NCBI GenBank assembly: GCA_037924335.1
Contig: JAXSMZ010000001.1
Location: 123,965 to 187,964, forward strand
Direction: 5' to 3'
Length of the DNA: 64,000 bases
Source: Aquificaceae bacterium
Lineage (GTDB): Bacteria > Aquificota > Aquificia > Aquificales > Aquificaceae
This document shows positions 1-9,312 of the stretch, one piece after another (position 1 is the stretch's first letter; each line of letters opens with the position of its first letter). The notes beneath the pieces were generated by a model, which ran no database searches, was not told the DNA's origin, and was given only the letters and a program-made list of their open reading frames with translations. Made by a program: the position numbers and the translations under genes.

Positions 1-628
1 GCTTGTACCTTATATAGTCTATGCACTTTTTAGGGTACCTCTTCCCCTTAACATAATGCAGATCCTTGCCATAGACTTGGGTACAGATATATTCCCTGGG
101 CTTGCGCTGGGAGGGGAGAGGCCAACAGAAGAGACCATGAAACAACCTCCTAGGAAACCCCAGGAGAGCCTCCTCAACTTAAAACTTCTGAGCTATGTGT
201 TTTTTGTTCTGGGACCAATAGAAGCATCGGCTGGTATATTTGGGTACTTCTATGTACTGATGAACGGTGGGTGGCAATGGGGGCAAATGCTTGCCCCAAA
301 AGACATTCTCTATCTTCAGGCAACTACAGCATGCTTGGCGGGAATAATACTGGTTCAGGTTTTTAATGTGTTTGCTTGCAGGTCCTTCAAAGAATCCCTC
401 TTTAAAATAGGGATCTTTTCCAACAGATTCCTGCTCTTCAGTGTAGCCATAGAGATGCTTCTAGCCCTTGGCATCATATACACAGGGACTGGAAACACCC
501 TTTTTGGCACGTACCCGATAGATCCCACGTTTTTCCTTATCTTGCTTCCCTTTGGTACTTTTCTTCTCCTCTTGGATGAACTAAAGAAACTTCTGTTAAC
601 AAAAAGCCTTATGGACATTAAAATATAA
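1..628 (+). CDS. Cation-transporting P-type ATPase, C-terminal part (5'-truncated by window edge)
   Basis: Frame open from position 2 (LVPYIVYALFRVPLPLNIMQILAIDLGTDIFPGLAL...PPR); QILAIDLGTD is the M6 motif of Ca2+/H+,K+-type P2 ATPases, followed by TM helices. Confidence 0.9.
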   Translation, partial: LVPYIVYALFRVPLPLNIMQILAIDLGTDIFPGLALGGERPTEETMKQPPRKPQESLLNLKLLSYVFFVLGPIEASAGIFGYFYVLMNGGWQWGQMLAPKDILYLQATTACLAGIILVQVFNVFACRSFKESLFKIGIFSNRFLLFSVAIEMLLALGIIYTGTGNTLFGTYPIDPTFFLILLPFGTFLLLLDELKKLLLTKSLMDIKI

Positions 629-631
629 AAC

Positions 632-940
632 ATGAAGAAGTGGAAAGAGTATGAGGATAAAGTGAGCGAGCTTAAGGAATACTTGGAGCAGAAATATATG
701 GCAAGTCCTGATGTGGAAGTTAGCTTGCTTCTGCCAGGAGAGGAGGGTTTTCAGCATGATGTGGATATACCTTACATCTCCATAAAATATTATGTAAATA
801 AAGATAATTTTCACGAGAGGAAGGTGGAGCTCTTTGAGCACTATTTAGACAGAGATATAAAGGACATCATAAACTTTATAACTGACCTTATAGAGGAGTT
901 TATAATGGAGGTTGAACAGGCTGAGTATGGGGGAGGATAG
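632..940 (+). CDS. Hypothetical acidic protein, 102 aa
   Basis: ORF fills the gap between the ATPase and rpsO; no motif recognised. Confidence 0.7.
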   Translation: MKKWKEYEDKVSELKEYLEQKYMASPDVEVSLLLPGEEGFQHDVDIPYISIKYYVNKDNFHERKVELFEHYLDRDIKDIINFITDLIEEFIMEVEQAEYGGG

Positions 941-987
941 TTTAAGGCAGTTTTTAGGTGTATAATATATGTTTTAAGGAGGTAAAG

Positions 988-1260
988 ATGGCATTGTCAA
1001 AGGAGAAAAAGCAAGAGATAATAAGAGGCTTTCAAAGGCATGAAAGGGATACAGGCTCCCCTGAGGTGCAGATAGCTGTCCTTACAGAGAGGATAAACAG
1101 GCTAACGGAACATCTCAAGAGGAATAAGAAAGACGTCCATTCGAGAAGGGGGCTCATAGCCATGATACATGAAAGGAGAAGACATATGGAGTATTTAAAA
1201 AGCAGCGACTACAGAAAATACCTGGAAGTCGTTCAGAAGTTAGGCCTCAAGGTGAGATGA
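988..1260 (+). CDS. rpsO: 30S ribosomal protein S15
   Basis: [28 protein letters not shown] motifs; GGAGG SD before ATG 988; followed by pnp. Confidence 0.98.
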   Translation: MALSKEKKQEIIRGFQRHERDTGSPEVQIAVLTERINRLTEHLKRNKKDVHSRRGLIAMIHERRRHMEYLKSSDYRKYLEVVQKLGLKVR

Positions 1261-3371
1261 TGGAAAGCGTAAGCGTTAACTTAGGAGATAAAGACCCAAT
1301 CATAATAGATACAGGACAGTACGCAAAACTTGCCGATGGTGCGGTCGTTGTAAAACAGGGTAATACAGCTGTTTTAGTTACGGCTGTTGTATCTGAAGAG
1401 CCTCAGAAGGATATAGATTTCATGCCCCTCTCTGTTGATTACAGAGAGCAGTCCTCAGCATGGGGCAAGATCCCAGGGGGCTTTGTGAAAAGGGAAGGTA
1501 AACCGACGGACAGAGAGATACTAGTTTCTAGGGTCATAGACAGACCAATAAGACCTCTTTTCCCCGAAGGTTTCTTTTACGAAGTTGTCATCACAGCTCT
1601 AACCCTATCTGCAGATGACAAGTATGACCCAGACGTGCTTGCCATAACGGGTGCATCAGCCGCCCTTCACATATCAAGGATACCCTTTGAAGGTCCAATA
1701 GCTGGCCTGAGAGTGTGCAGAATTGACGGTTCCTTTGTTGTTAATCCCACTTACGAAGAAAGGAAGATGGCGGAACTTGAAATAGTGCTTGCTGTGAGTG
1801 AGGACAGCATAGTGATGGTAGAGGGTGGTGCAAAAGAAGTAAGCGAGGATGTTTTTACAGATGCTCTATACTTTGGGCTTGAGGCTGGGAAGGAAATAAT
1901 AAGAGCGCAGAAGATTCTAAGAGATAGGTTAGGTGTTCAAAAAATGACCTTTGAGGGTATAGAGATACCAGATGATGTTAAGGAAAGGATGGAGGAGTTC
2001 TGTGCTAAAGCCATCCTTTCCGCATACGAAATAAAGGGCAAGAGAGAGAGAAAGGAAAGGGTATCAAAAATTCTTGAAGAGTTCATGCAAGCCTATCAGA
2101 TACCCGATGAGATGAGATTTAACGTATCCTACCATTACAAAAAGCTAACAAGCAAGCTGATGAGAAGTATGATACTGGAGGAGGGAAGGAGAATAGACGG
2201 AAGGAAGCCAGATGAGATAAGGCCTATAAGTATACAGATAAGACCCTTTGAAAGACCGCATGGAAGTGCCATATTCACAAGAGGACAAACTCAAGCCTTT
2301 GCAACAGTTACCTTGGGAGCACCGCAGGAAGCACAGCTTGTGGAAAGCATCTACGAAGGTGAAGTTTTCAAAAGGTTCATGCTCCATTACAACTTCCCAC
2401 CTTTTTCTACGGGCGAGGCAAAACCATGGGGTCCACCAAGGAGAAGGGAAATAGGGCACGGTGCTTTGGCAGAGAGAGCCGTAGAACCACTTTTGCCATC
2501 GGAGGATGAGTTCCCTTATATAATAAGGATTGTATCCAACATTTTGGAATCCAACGGTTCTACATCCATGGCTACTGTTTGTGCAAGTTCTTTAGCGCTT
2601 TTTGACGCAGGAGTTCCTATAAGAAAACACGTGGCTGGTATAGCCATGGGGCTGATAGTGGAAGGAGAAAAGTACGTCATCCTTTCAGACATACTTGGAG
2701 ATGAGGATCAGCTCGGTGATATGGACTTCAAGGTTGCGGGGACAAGGGATGGCATAACAAGCGTGCAGATGGATATAAAGATAAAGGGGTTGAAAAAAGA
2801 GGTTATGAAAGAGGCACTCCTGCAAGCTAATGCTGGTAGGCTTTACATACTGGATAAGATGTACGAAGCTATGCCTGAAAGGAGGGAGGAGCTTTCTCCC
2901 CATGCACCAAGGGTTGAAATAATAACAGTACCGGAAGAAAAATCTATGCTCATAATAGGCCCAGGGGGTAAAACGGTTAAAGATATAAAGGAGAAGACGG
3001 GGACTACTGTTTGGGTTTTAGAAGGGGGGAAGGTTTCTCTCACTGCATCATCCAAAGCATCCATAGAGGCCGCAAAGGAGATCATAGATAATCTGATAAG
3101 AGAGGTTGAGGTGGGCAAAGTTTACGAAGGAAAGATAACAAGGGTGGAGCCCTATGGCGTGTTTGTAGAAATATTGCCAGGAAGGATCGGGCTTCTGCAT
3201 GTGAGCAAGATGGAGGGATATATAAAGGATGTTAGGTCTGTCTTCAGTGTTGGTGATAACATAAAGGTGAAGGTGGTAGAAGTAGACGAGCAAGGGAGGG
3301 CAAAACTGACAAACGTGGGTTTGGATAGCCGGCGTAGCTCAGCGGTAGAGCGAGGCACTCGTAATGCCTAG
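1257..3371 (+). CDS. pnp: Polyribonucleotide nucleotidyltransferase (PNPase); ORF runs 44 nt into tRNA-Thr
   Basis: [25 protein letters not shown] motifs; KH (IIGPGG) and S1 domains. Confidence 0.98.
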   Translation: MMESVSVNLGDKDPIIIDTGQYAKLADGAVVVKQGNTAVLVTAVVSEEPQKDIDFMPLSVDYREQSSAWGKIPGGFVKREGKPTDREILVSRVIDRPIRPLFPEGFFYEVVITALTLSADDKYDPDVLAITGASAALHISRIPFEGPIAGLRVCRIDGSFVVNPTYEERKMAELEIVLAVSEDSIVMVEGGAKEVSEDVFTDALYFGLEAGKEIIRAQKILRDRLGVQKMTFEGIEIPDDVKERMEEFCAKAILSAYEIKGKRERKERVSKILEEFMQAYQIPDEMRFNVSYHYKKLTSKLMRSMILEEGRRIDGRKPDEIRPISIQIRPFERPHGSAIFTRGQTQAFATVTLGAPQEAQLVESIYEGEVFKRFMLHYNFPPFSTGEAKPWGPPRRREIGHGALAERAVEPLLPSEDEFPYIIRIVSNILESNGSTSMATVCASSLALFDAGVPIRKHVAGIAMGLIVEGEKYVILSDILGDEDQLGDMDFKVAGTRDGITSVQMDIKIKGLKKEVMKEALLQANAGRLYILDKMYEAMPERREELSPHAPRVEIITVPEEKSMLIIGPGGKTVKDIKEKTGTTVWVLEGGKVSLTASSKASIEAAKEIIDNLIREVEVGKVYEGKITRVEPYGVFVEILPGRIGLLHVSKMEGYIKDVRSVFSVGDNIKVKVVEVDEQGRAKLTNVGLDSRRSSAVERGTRNA

Positions 3372-3399
3372 GGCGTGGGTTCAAGTCCCACCGCCGGCT
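3328..3399 (+). tRNA. tRNA-Thr (anticodon CGT), CCA not encoded
   Basis: Full cloverleaf: acceptor GCCGGCG/CGCCGGC, D stem GCTC/GAGC, anticodon stem AGGCA/TGCCT with loop CT-CGT-AA, T arm GTGGG-TTCAAGT-CCCAC, discriminator T. Confidence 0.97.
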
Positions 3400-3411
3400 T
3401 TGGAGGCAGAT

Positions 3412-3852
3412 ATGAAAGTATTCATAAAACGGCTTGACCATGCCAAAGACCTTCCATTGCCATCTTATGCCACTGACCTATCCTCTGGCATAGACCTTTT
3501 TTCTGCAGCGGATGGGGATATTCTCATAAAGCCCATGGAAAGGGTCCTTGTACCAACGGGTATTGTTATAGAGCTCCCAGAAGGTTTTGAAGCCCAAATA
3601 AGGCCAAGGAGCGGTTTAGCTCTAAAACATGGTATAACTGTTTTGAACTCTCCAGGAACCATAGACGCAGACTACAGGGGTGAGATAAAGGTCATACTTA
3701 TAAACCTTGGGCAAGAAATGTTTGTCATAAGGAGGGGGGATAGGATAGCCCAGATGGTTATATGCCCAGTGATAAAAGTTCAGCTGGAAGAGGCAAAAGA
3801 GCTAAGCTCTACAGAGAGGTCTGATGGTGGCTTTGGCTCCACTGGCATATAA
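3412..3852 (+). CDS. dut: dUTP diphosphatase
   Basis: [35 protein letters not shown] motifs; GGAGG SD before ATG 3412. Confidence 0.97.
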   Translation: MKVFIKRLDHAKDLPLPSYATDLSSGIDLFSAADGDILIKPMERVLVPTGIVIELPEGFEAQIRPRSGLALKHGITVLNSPGTIDADYRGEIKVILINLGQEMFVIRRGDRIAQMVICPVIKVQLEEAKELSSTERSDGGFGSTGI

Positions 3853-3861
3853 TAAGACTGT

Positions 3862-5049
3862 ATGGATCTCCACCTTATTTTCCTCCACTTAGCAATAATA
3901 ATATTCCTTGCCAGGCTGATAGGAGATTCTCTTGGAAGGTTTGGACTTCCTCCAGTGCTCGGTGAAATACTAGTAGGTATCCTCCTTGGAAAAAGCGCCC
4001 TTGGGATAATAGAGGCAAGCGAAGTTATAAGACTTCTCGCAGAGATAGGTATCATACTTTTGCTTTTTCAGGTTGGCTTGGAGGCAGACATACATCAGCT
4101 TAGAAAGGTGGGTGCATCTGCCTTCTTAGTGGCTTCTGCTGGAGCCTTTTTGCCCATGCTTTTGGGAGCATTAGCAAGCTACTATATCTTGAACCTTTCC
4201 TTTGTTGTATCTCTCTTTGTAGGTGGAACATTGACGGCCACAAGCATCGGTATAACTGTGAGAGTCCTTGAGGACCTCGGAAGGCTAAAGGAGAGGTTTG
4301 CTCAGATAGTTTTGGGAGCTGCAGTTCTGGACGATATATTTGGTGTTATTGTCCTTACAGCCCTATTTGAATTTTCAAAGGAAGGAACTGTTCATATCAA
4401 CGCCCTGCTCATGCTGATGCTTTACGTAGCTACCTTCTTTATAATCTCCCCCATACTGGCTCAGGTTATGGGTAGGCTTATACAGACACTTTCAAAAGCC
4501 CTTAGGACGGAGGATTTTATACCACCGACCGTTTTAGCCCTCATTTTCCTCTTTGCCTTTCTAGCTCATGAGTTTGGTTCTCCCGAGATACTTGGAGCCT
4601 TTACCGCTGGGCTTGCCCTCTCAAGGAGGTTTGCCATCCCCTTTGCAGTCTTCCTAAAAACGGATGAAAGAATGGCTCAAAGGGTGGAGAATACAATAAT
4701 GCCCCTTGTATGGGTGCTTACTCCCATCTTCTTCGTTTACATAGGCCTTGAGCTGAACCTTAAAGCCATAGACTTCACATCTTTAAAATTCTGGCTTCTT
4801 TCTTCTTTGACACTCTTTGTGGCAACGGCCGGTAAGGTGATCGCTGGATTCTTTGTAAAAGGTACTGTAAAAGAAAAGGTTATGATAGGTTTTTCCATGC
4901 TTCCACGCGGTGAAGTTGGCCTTATATTTGCAGAGCTTGGAAGGCAAGCCAAGATATACGATGATACTCTCTACGCCGTTGTTGTTTTTGTAGTTGGCAC
5001 GACAACTCTTATGGCACCCATACTTTTGAAGGTCCTTTTAAGGAGATAG
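3862..5049 (+). CDS. Cation:proton antiporter (CPA2/KefB-like)
   Basis: Polytopic; LFQVGLE, ATSIGIT, GAAVLDD, PRGEVGLI motifs. Confidence 0.92.
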   Translation: MDLHLIFLHLAIIIFLARLIGDSLGRFGLPPVLGEILVGILLGKSALGIIEASEVIRLLAEIGIILLLFQVGLEADIHQLRKVGASAFLVASAGAFLPMLLGALASYYILNLSFVVSLFVGGTLTATSIGITVRVLEDLGRLKERFAQIVLGAAVLDDIFGVIVLTALFEFSKEGTVHINALLMLMLYVATFFIISPILAQVMGRLIQTLSKALRTEDFIPPTVLALIFLFAFLAHEFGSPEILGAFTAGLALSRRFAIPFAVFLKTDERMAQRVENTIMPLVWVLTPIFFVYIGLELNLKAIDFTSLKFWLLSSLTLFVATAGKVIAGFFVKGTVKEKVMIGFSMLPRGEVGLIFAELGRQAKIYDDTLYAVVVFVVGTTTLMAPILLKVLLRR

Positions 5050-5052
5050 CCA

Positions 5053-5457
5053 ATGAGTGTACTGGATGGTGTCCCAAAGGATATGCCAGCCCTTGCAAGG
5101 TCACAAAGGCTCCAAGACAGAGCCTCCTTGGTCGGCTTTGATTTTGAGAACATAGAACAGGTTTTAGAAAAAGTGAAAGAGGAGATGGATGAGCTTTTAG
5201 AAGCTATACAGAAGGGTAATGAAAAGGAGATAAAGCATGAACTTGGTGACTTGCTCACAGCCATCGTTGAACTCTCAAGGTTTTTAAACATGGATGCTGA
5301 GGAGGTTCTCCAACAAGCAAACGATAGGTTCGAGAGAAGGTTCAGGTATCTGGAAGAAAAAGCAAGGGAAATGGGAAAGAGCCTAAAAGAGATGAGCCTT
5401 AGCGAAATGGAAAAGATCTGGCTTGAAGCAAAAAGGTTTGACTACAGTCAATCATAA
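5053..5457 (+). CDS. MazG-family nucleotide pyrophosphohydrolase (single domain)
   Basis: KVKEEMDEL...ELGDLL...ANDRFERRF and EMEKIWLEAK match the MazG C-terminal domain. Confidence 0.9.
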   Translation: MSVLDGVPKDMPALARSQRLQDRASLVGFDFENIEQVLEKVKEEMDELLEAIQKGNEKEIKHELGDLLTAIVELSRFLNMDAEEVLQQANDRFERRFRYLEEKAREMGKSLKEMSLSEMEKIWLEAKRFDYSQS

Positions 5458-6692
5458 TTTACTTGGCATGCCAAGTTCTTTAACCTTCTTCCAGTCCTCT
5501 CTTTAAAGTAGTTGCTACCAACCCTTCCTAAGGATTCCGCTCCCAAAAGAACAAGAGCAACCTCTGAACGTACTATTTTCTGCAACTTCTTATCTATGAA
5601 GGATGTTACAGCATTATAGCTTACACCACTTCCATCTTGAAGGGTATCAGCAGGAACACCAAGAAGGCTCTGTGCGTTTAAGCTTCCAACGAGAAGAACC
5701 CTTGACGTGTCTACGTAGAACTCTGTCTGAAGCGTTGCCTTTATCCTGCTTTTGAGAAGCTCTTCTTTAAAGCTTTCTGGTACTCTAAAGGTTGGGTCTG
5801 TTATATTGCTTACACTGTTTACAGCCCTGTCTTTGAACTCCTTCATGAGTATAATTTTCAAGCCACCTTTTTTGTAAAAGATAACATCTCCCTTGACTTC
5901 ATCCACATGGGCCTTCAGAACTCCTCTTATTGAGGAGGAGAAGGGAACCACAAAAGAGGGCAGAACCTTATCGTTCACTTCCAACTTTCCATGAAGAACC
6001 CTCCAGTTTAGGAAGCTAAACTCCCACTCGGTACACCATATTCCCCTCTCTTCGGCATAAAGCCTAACAGCCTTTATAAAGCATGCCTCTTCTTTACTAC
6101 CTGGCCTCCTTCCCTCGAAGGAAATAAGGTCCCAAATGGCCTGACCCTTCTTCTGCTTAAAAAGACCATAAACGCACCCACAGTAATCCTGATGGTAAAG
6201 CTCAAACTCCTTAGAGAGTTTGAACATCTCCTGAGTTCCGTTCCCTTTCCTGTAATCCAGAGACAAAAACTCTAAACCCTTCTCTCCTGCTACTTTCTCT
6301 CCAGCTTCTTTTAAAGCAGACCAGTCTTTCTTTGGACTCATAAGCAAAGTGGTAGTCAAATGCGTAGCCCCTATCTTTTTAGCAAAGTTGGCAGCCTCCT
6401 CCAGCCTGTAGTCAAAGCATATCTTGCACCTTTTGCCCCTCTCTGGCTCATCCTCGTATCCTTTGACAGCTAACATCCAACCTTCTACGTCATACTTTCC
6501 TTCGTAGAGTTCTATACCAAGAGCTTGGCATGTTCTTTTAGTCTCTATAAGCCTGAGCTTGTACTCCTCATAAGGATGTATGTTGGGGTCGTAGAAAAAA
6601 CCTACGATCTCAAACTCCGGATAGTCTTCCCTCAATCTTTTAAGGAAGTAAAGAGAGTCAGGAGCACAGCATATATGAACGAGAACCTTCAT
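5448..6692 (-). CDS. queH: Epoxyqueuosine reductase QueH (DUF208) with long C-terminal extension
   Basis: HICCAPD, FYDPNIHP, RCKICFDYRL, QDYCGC motifs in the first ~180 aa. Confidence 0.88.
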   Translation of the reverse strand: MKVLVHICCAPDSLYFLKRLREDYPEFEIVGFFYDPNIHPYEEYKLRLIETKRTCQALGIELYEGKYDVEGWMLAVKGYEDEPERGKRCKICFDYRLEEAANFAKKIGATHLTTTLLMSPKKDWSALKEAGEKVAGEKGLEFLSLDYRKGNGTQEMFKLSKEFELYHQDYCGCVYGLFKQKKGQAIWDLISFEGRRPGSKEEACFIKAVRLYAEERGIWCTEWEFSFLNWRVLHGKLEVNDKVLPSFVVPFSSSIRGVLKAHVDEVKGDVIFYKKGGLKIILMKEFKDRAVNSVSNITDPTFRVPESFKEELLKSRIKATLQTEFYVDTSRVLLVGSLNAQSLLGVPADTLQDGSGVSYNAVTSFIDKKLQKIVRSEVALVLLGAESLGRVGSNYFKERTGRRLKNLACQVNYD

Positions 6693-6700
6693 AGGTCTAA

Positions 6701-7096
6701 TTATAAGCCAATTTTAGTAAAGAGTTCTCTCACCCCCTGTGGAACTGACACTACTCTTCTTTTGTTTATAACACAGTGCCTTGTAGAGCCTATGGCCCTG
6801 ATTTGACCATCTACCAGAAGAAGGTACTCAAAGGAAAAGGTAAACCTATCCATATGCATAAGTTTAGTCTCTATATTAACCACCTCATCATAATAAATGG
6901 GCTTTTTAAATTGGCATCTTGCTTCTAAAAGTATCACATCATAACCCTCTTCCCTCAACTTTGAATAGGGATACCCCAAAGTGCGCAAAAGCTCCCCCCT
7001 CGCCTCTTCAAAGTATCTAAAGTAGTTAGAATGATGAACTACCCCCTGAGCGTCCGTCTCGTAAAACTGAACTCTCCTTTTGTATACGGCTTTCAT
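6701..7096 (-). CDS. Acyl-CoA thioesterase (YbgC/4HBT family)
   Basis: ETDAQGVVHHSNYFRYFEEAR hotdog-fold motif. Confidence 0.93.
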   Translation of the reverse strand: MKAVYKRRVQFYETDAQGVVHHSNYFRYFEEARGELLRTLGYPYSKLREEGYDVILLEARCQFKKPIYYDEVVNIETKLMHMDRFTFSFEYLLLVDGQIRAIGSTRHCVINKRRVVSVPQGVRELFTKIGL

Positions 7097-7125
7097 ACAG
7101 TAAGTTTATTATAACCTGGCTTTTC

Positions 7126-7155
7126 TTGACAGACATTAAAAATTTGGTTTATAGT
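7126..7155 (+). promoter_or_regulatory. Candidate sigma70 promoter for the 7189-13071 gene run
   Basis: TTGACA (7126-7131), 18 bp, TATAGT (7150-7155); GGAGG SD upstream of 7189. Confidence 0.55.
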
Positions 7156-7188
7156 TTACTTGTCCCGGTGGGATAAAGGAGGTGAACT

Positions 7189-7431
7189 ATGAGGAAAATA
7201 CTCAGTTTATCGTTTTTTGCAGTGCTGGGCTTTTTCTTTTTGCAACCAGCCTTTGAACTTTCTCATGCTAAACAGAGAGCTAAAAAAACCCATGTGGTAA
7301 AGCACACTAAGAAAATATTGAAAAAAAAGCGAGCCAAAGTGGTTATAAAGGGCTCCCACAACATAAATGCGCCAAAAGAAGGTGACCTTCTCAAGCTGGA
7401 GGGTATGGTAAAAGACCTCAATGAACAGTAA
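7189..7431 (+). CDS. Small secreted Lys-rich hypothetical protein, 80 aa
   Basis: Strong SD, signal-peptide-like N-terminus, basic low-complexity middle; overlaps next ATG. Confidence 0.7.
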   Translation: MRKILSLSFFAVLGFFFLQPAFELSHAKQRAKKTHVVKHTKKILKKKRAKVVIKGSHNINAPKEGDLLKLEGMVKDLNEQ

Positions 7432-8167
7432 AGACCTGAGACTTATAGAAGAGCTTAAGATAAAGCAAGGGGATACTTGGAGAGTTTTTAAAATAATGAG
7501 TGAGTTTGTCAATGGTTTTGATGAGCTTGCCAACTTAGGTCCTGCAATAACCTTTTTTGGAAGTTCAAGGTTAAAAGAAGACAATATCTTTTACGAATCT
7601 GCTTACAAGACAGCCTACCTGCTAGGTCAGATGGGTTTTTGTATTATAACCGGTGGCGGCCCAGGTATTATGGAAGCTGCCAACAGGGGTGCTCACGATG
7701 CTGGCGCTCTCTCCGTAGGTCTTAACATAAAGACTCCAGGAGAGGAAACCCATAACGTGTATCAGACAAAAGCTCTTTACTTTGACTACTTTTTCGTTAG
7801 GAAGGTTATGCTTTTGAAATATTCCTACGCTTACGTTATATTTCCCGGTGGGTTTGGCACTTTTGACGAGCTTTTTGAAGCTTTAACCCTTATACAGACT
7901 GGTAAAAGCCATAGTTTCCCCATAATTCTATATGGAAGTGACTATTGGAATCATCTCATCGATTTTATGAAGGGAAAGATGGTACATTACGGTACGTTAA
8001 GGGAAACGGATATAAAGCTTCTTTCCCCGGTTGACAACCCAGAAGATGCAATATCCCATGTGTTAGAAGGAATAAAAGAAAGATTGAACGAATTAAAAGA
8101 GAAGGAGCCGATGAATCCGATAATTGACCAGCTGAGCAGCATAATAGAAAGGAGGACTTTTAGATGA
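7421..8167 (+). CDS. LOG family (Rossmann-fold nucleotide-binding) protein
   Basis: ITGGGPGIMEAANRGA, FFVRKVML, PGGFGTFDE motifs. Confidence 0.93.
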   Translation: MNSKDLRLIEELKIKQGDTWRVFKIMSEFVNGFDELANLGPAITFFGSSRLKEDNIFYESAYKTAYLLGQMGFCIITGGGPGIMEAANRGAHDAGALSVGLNIKTPGEETHNVYQTKALYFDYFFVRKVMLLKYSYAYVIFPGGFGTFDELFEALTLIQTGKSHSFPIILYGSDYWNHLIDFMKGKMVHYGTLRETDIKLLSPVDNPEDAISHVLEGIKERLNELKEKEPMNPIIDQLSSIIERRTFR

Positions 8168-9312
8168 GGGTCTTACATATATCGGACCTTCATGCGGGGA
8201 AAAACTTGGGAAGGTTATCAAGAAACGAGGACCTTCAGTATGCCCTTGACCAGGTTCTCCATATATGTAAGGATGAAAATGTCCAAATGCTTCTTTTGGC
8301 TGGTGATATATACGATAAGCCATATCCAGATTCTGAATCTTATAACTTGATACTTGAGTTTTTGACGAAGGCTACTCAAGTTGTTGACCACATAGTCCTC
8401 ATATCTGGGAATCATGATAGCTACGATCTTATAAAGTCTTACAGAAATCTAAAAAGGTTGAGCAACATACATGTTTACGACAGACCTTGTAAAAACCCAA
8501 AAGATTGTGTACTTAAGGTTGATGAATTAACTGTGGCTTGCCTCCCCTATCCAAGCGAAAGATTGCTCACCCATTTAAGTGAAGAGGTTTACAGGAGTTA
8601 TACAGAAAAAGTTTCCAGATACTTGGAAAGGCTCTCAATGGACATGGAAAGCTCAAAGTACAACATACTGCTGTCTCACATAATGGTAGAAAGCGCAAGG
8701 GTTTCTGGCAGCGAAAAGCAATCAACCATTGGAGAGTTCTATGCCATCAAACCGGAGCATATACCAAACACCTTTGACTATGTAGCATTGGGGCACATAC
8801 ACAAGCATCAAAGGGTTGAGAAAGCAAGCACAAAAGTTTACTACTCTGGAAGCCTCTACCAGATAGATTTTTCAGAAAAGGGGATGGATAAGTATGTAAA
8901 CCTTGTAATTCTAGGGGATGATGTAAAGATAAAACCCATAAAGCTTAGCTTGAAAAGGCAGCTTCATGAGATACGCATAGAGGAGAAGGATAACTTTTAC
9001 GAAAAGCTCAAAGAGGTAGAAAAAATGAGCGGCCTTTTTAAGGTTATACTGGACATGGACATAAAGGACACAAGCCTAAACATCAAAAGGAGCGAGTTGG
9101 AAAAGACTTTGGGAGATAGGCTTGTGAGGTTTGAGGTTCAATTCGTTGGCCATAAAACAGACCAAGAGGCTTTAGATAAAGAAAAGATTGACCTCATTGA
9201 ACTCTACCAAACTTATTACAAAAACGCTCATGCCTCTGACATTCCAGATGATATAAAGAAAGGGTTTTTAAAAGTCTTCAGGGAGGCAGAACATGAGACC
9301 CATACTCCTTAG
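8164..9312 (+). CDS. sbcD: Exonuclease SbcCD subunit D (Mre11-like)
   Basis: ISDLHAG, AGDIYD, SGNHDS, ALGHIH metallophosphoesterase motifs. Confidence 0.95.
   Translation: MRVLHISDLHAGKNLGRLSRNEDLQYALDQVLHICKDENVQMLLLAGDIYDKPYPDSESYNLILEFLTKATQVVDHIVLISGNHDSYDLIKSYRNLKRLSNIHVYDRPCKNPKDCVLKVDELTVACLPYPSERLLTHLSEEVYRSYTEKVSRYLERLSMDMESSKYNILLSHIMVESARVSGSEKQSTIGEFYAIKPEHIPNTFDYVALGHIHKHQRVEKASTKVYYSGSLYQIDFSEKGMDKYVNLVILGDDVKIKPIKLSLKRQLHEIRIEEKDNFYEKLKEVEKMSGLFKVILDMDIKDTSLNIKRSELEKTLGDRLVRFEVQFVGHKTDQEALDKEKIDLIELYQTYYKNAHASDIPDDIKKGFLKVFREAEHETHTP

Noticed and set aside
3364-3411. ORF-track N-terminal extension of dut ([16 protein letters not shown])
   Set aside because: It is the tRNA-Thr 3' half read as codons; a GGAGG SD supports ATG 3412.
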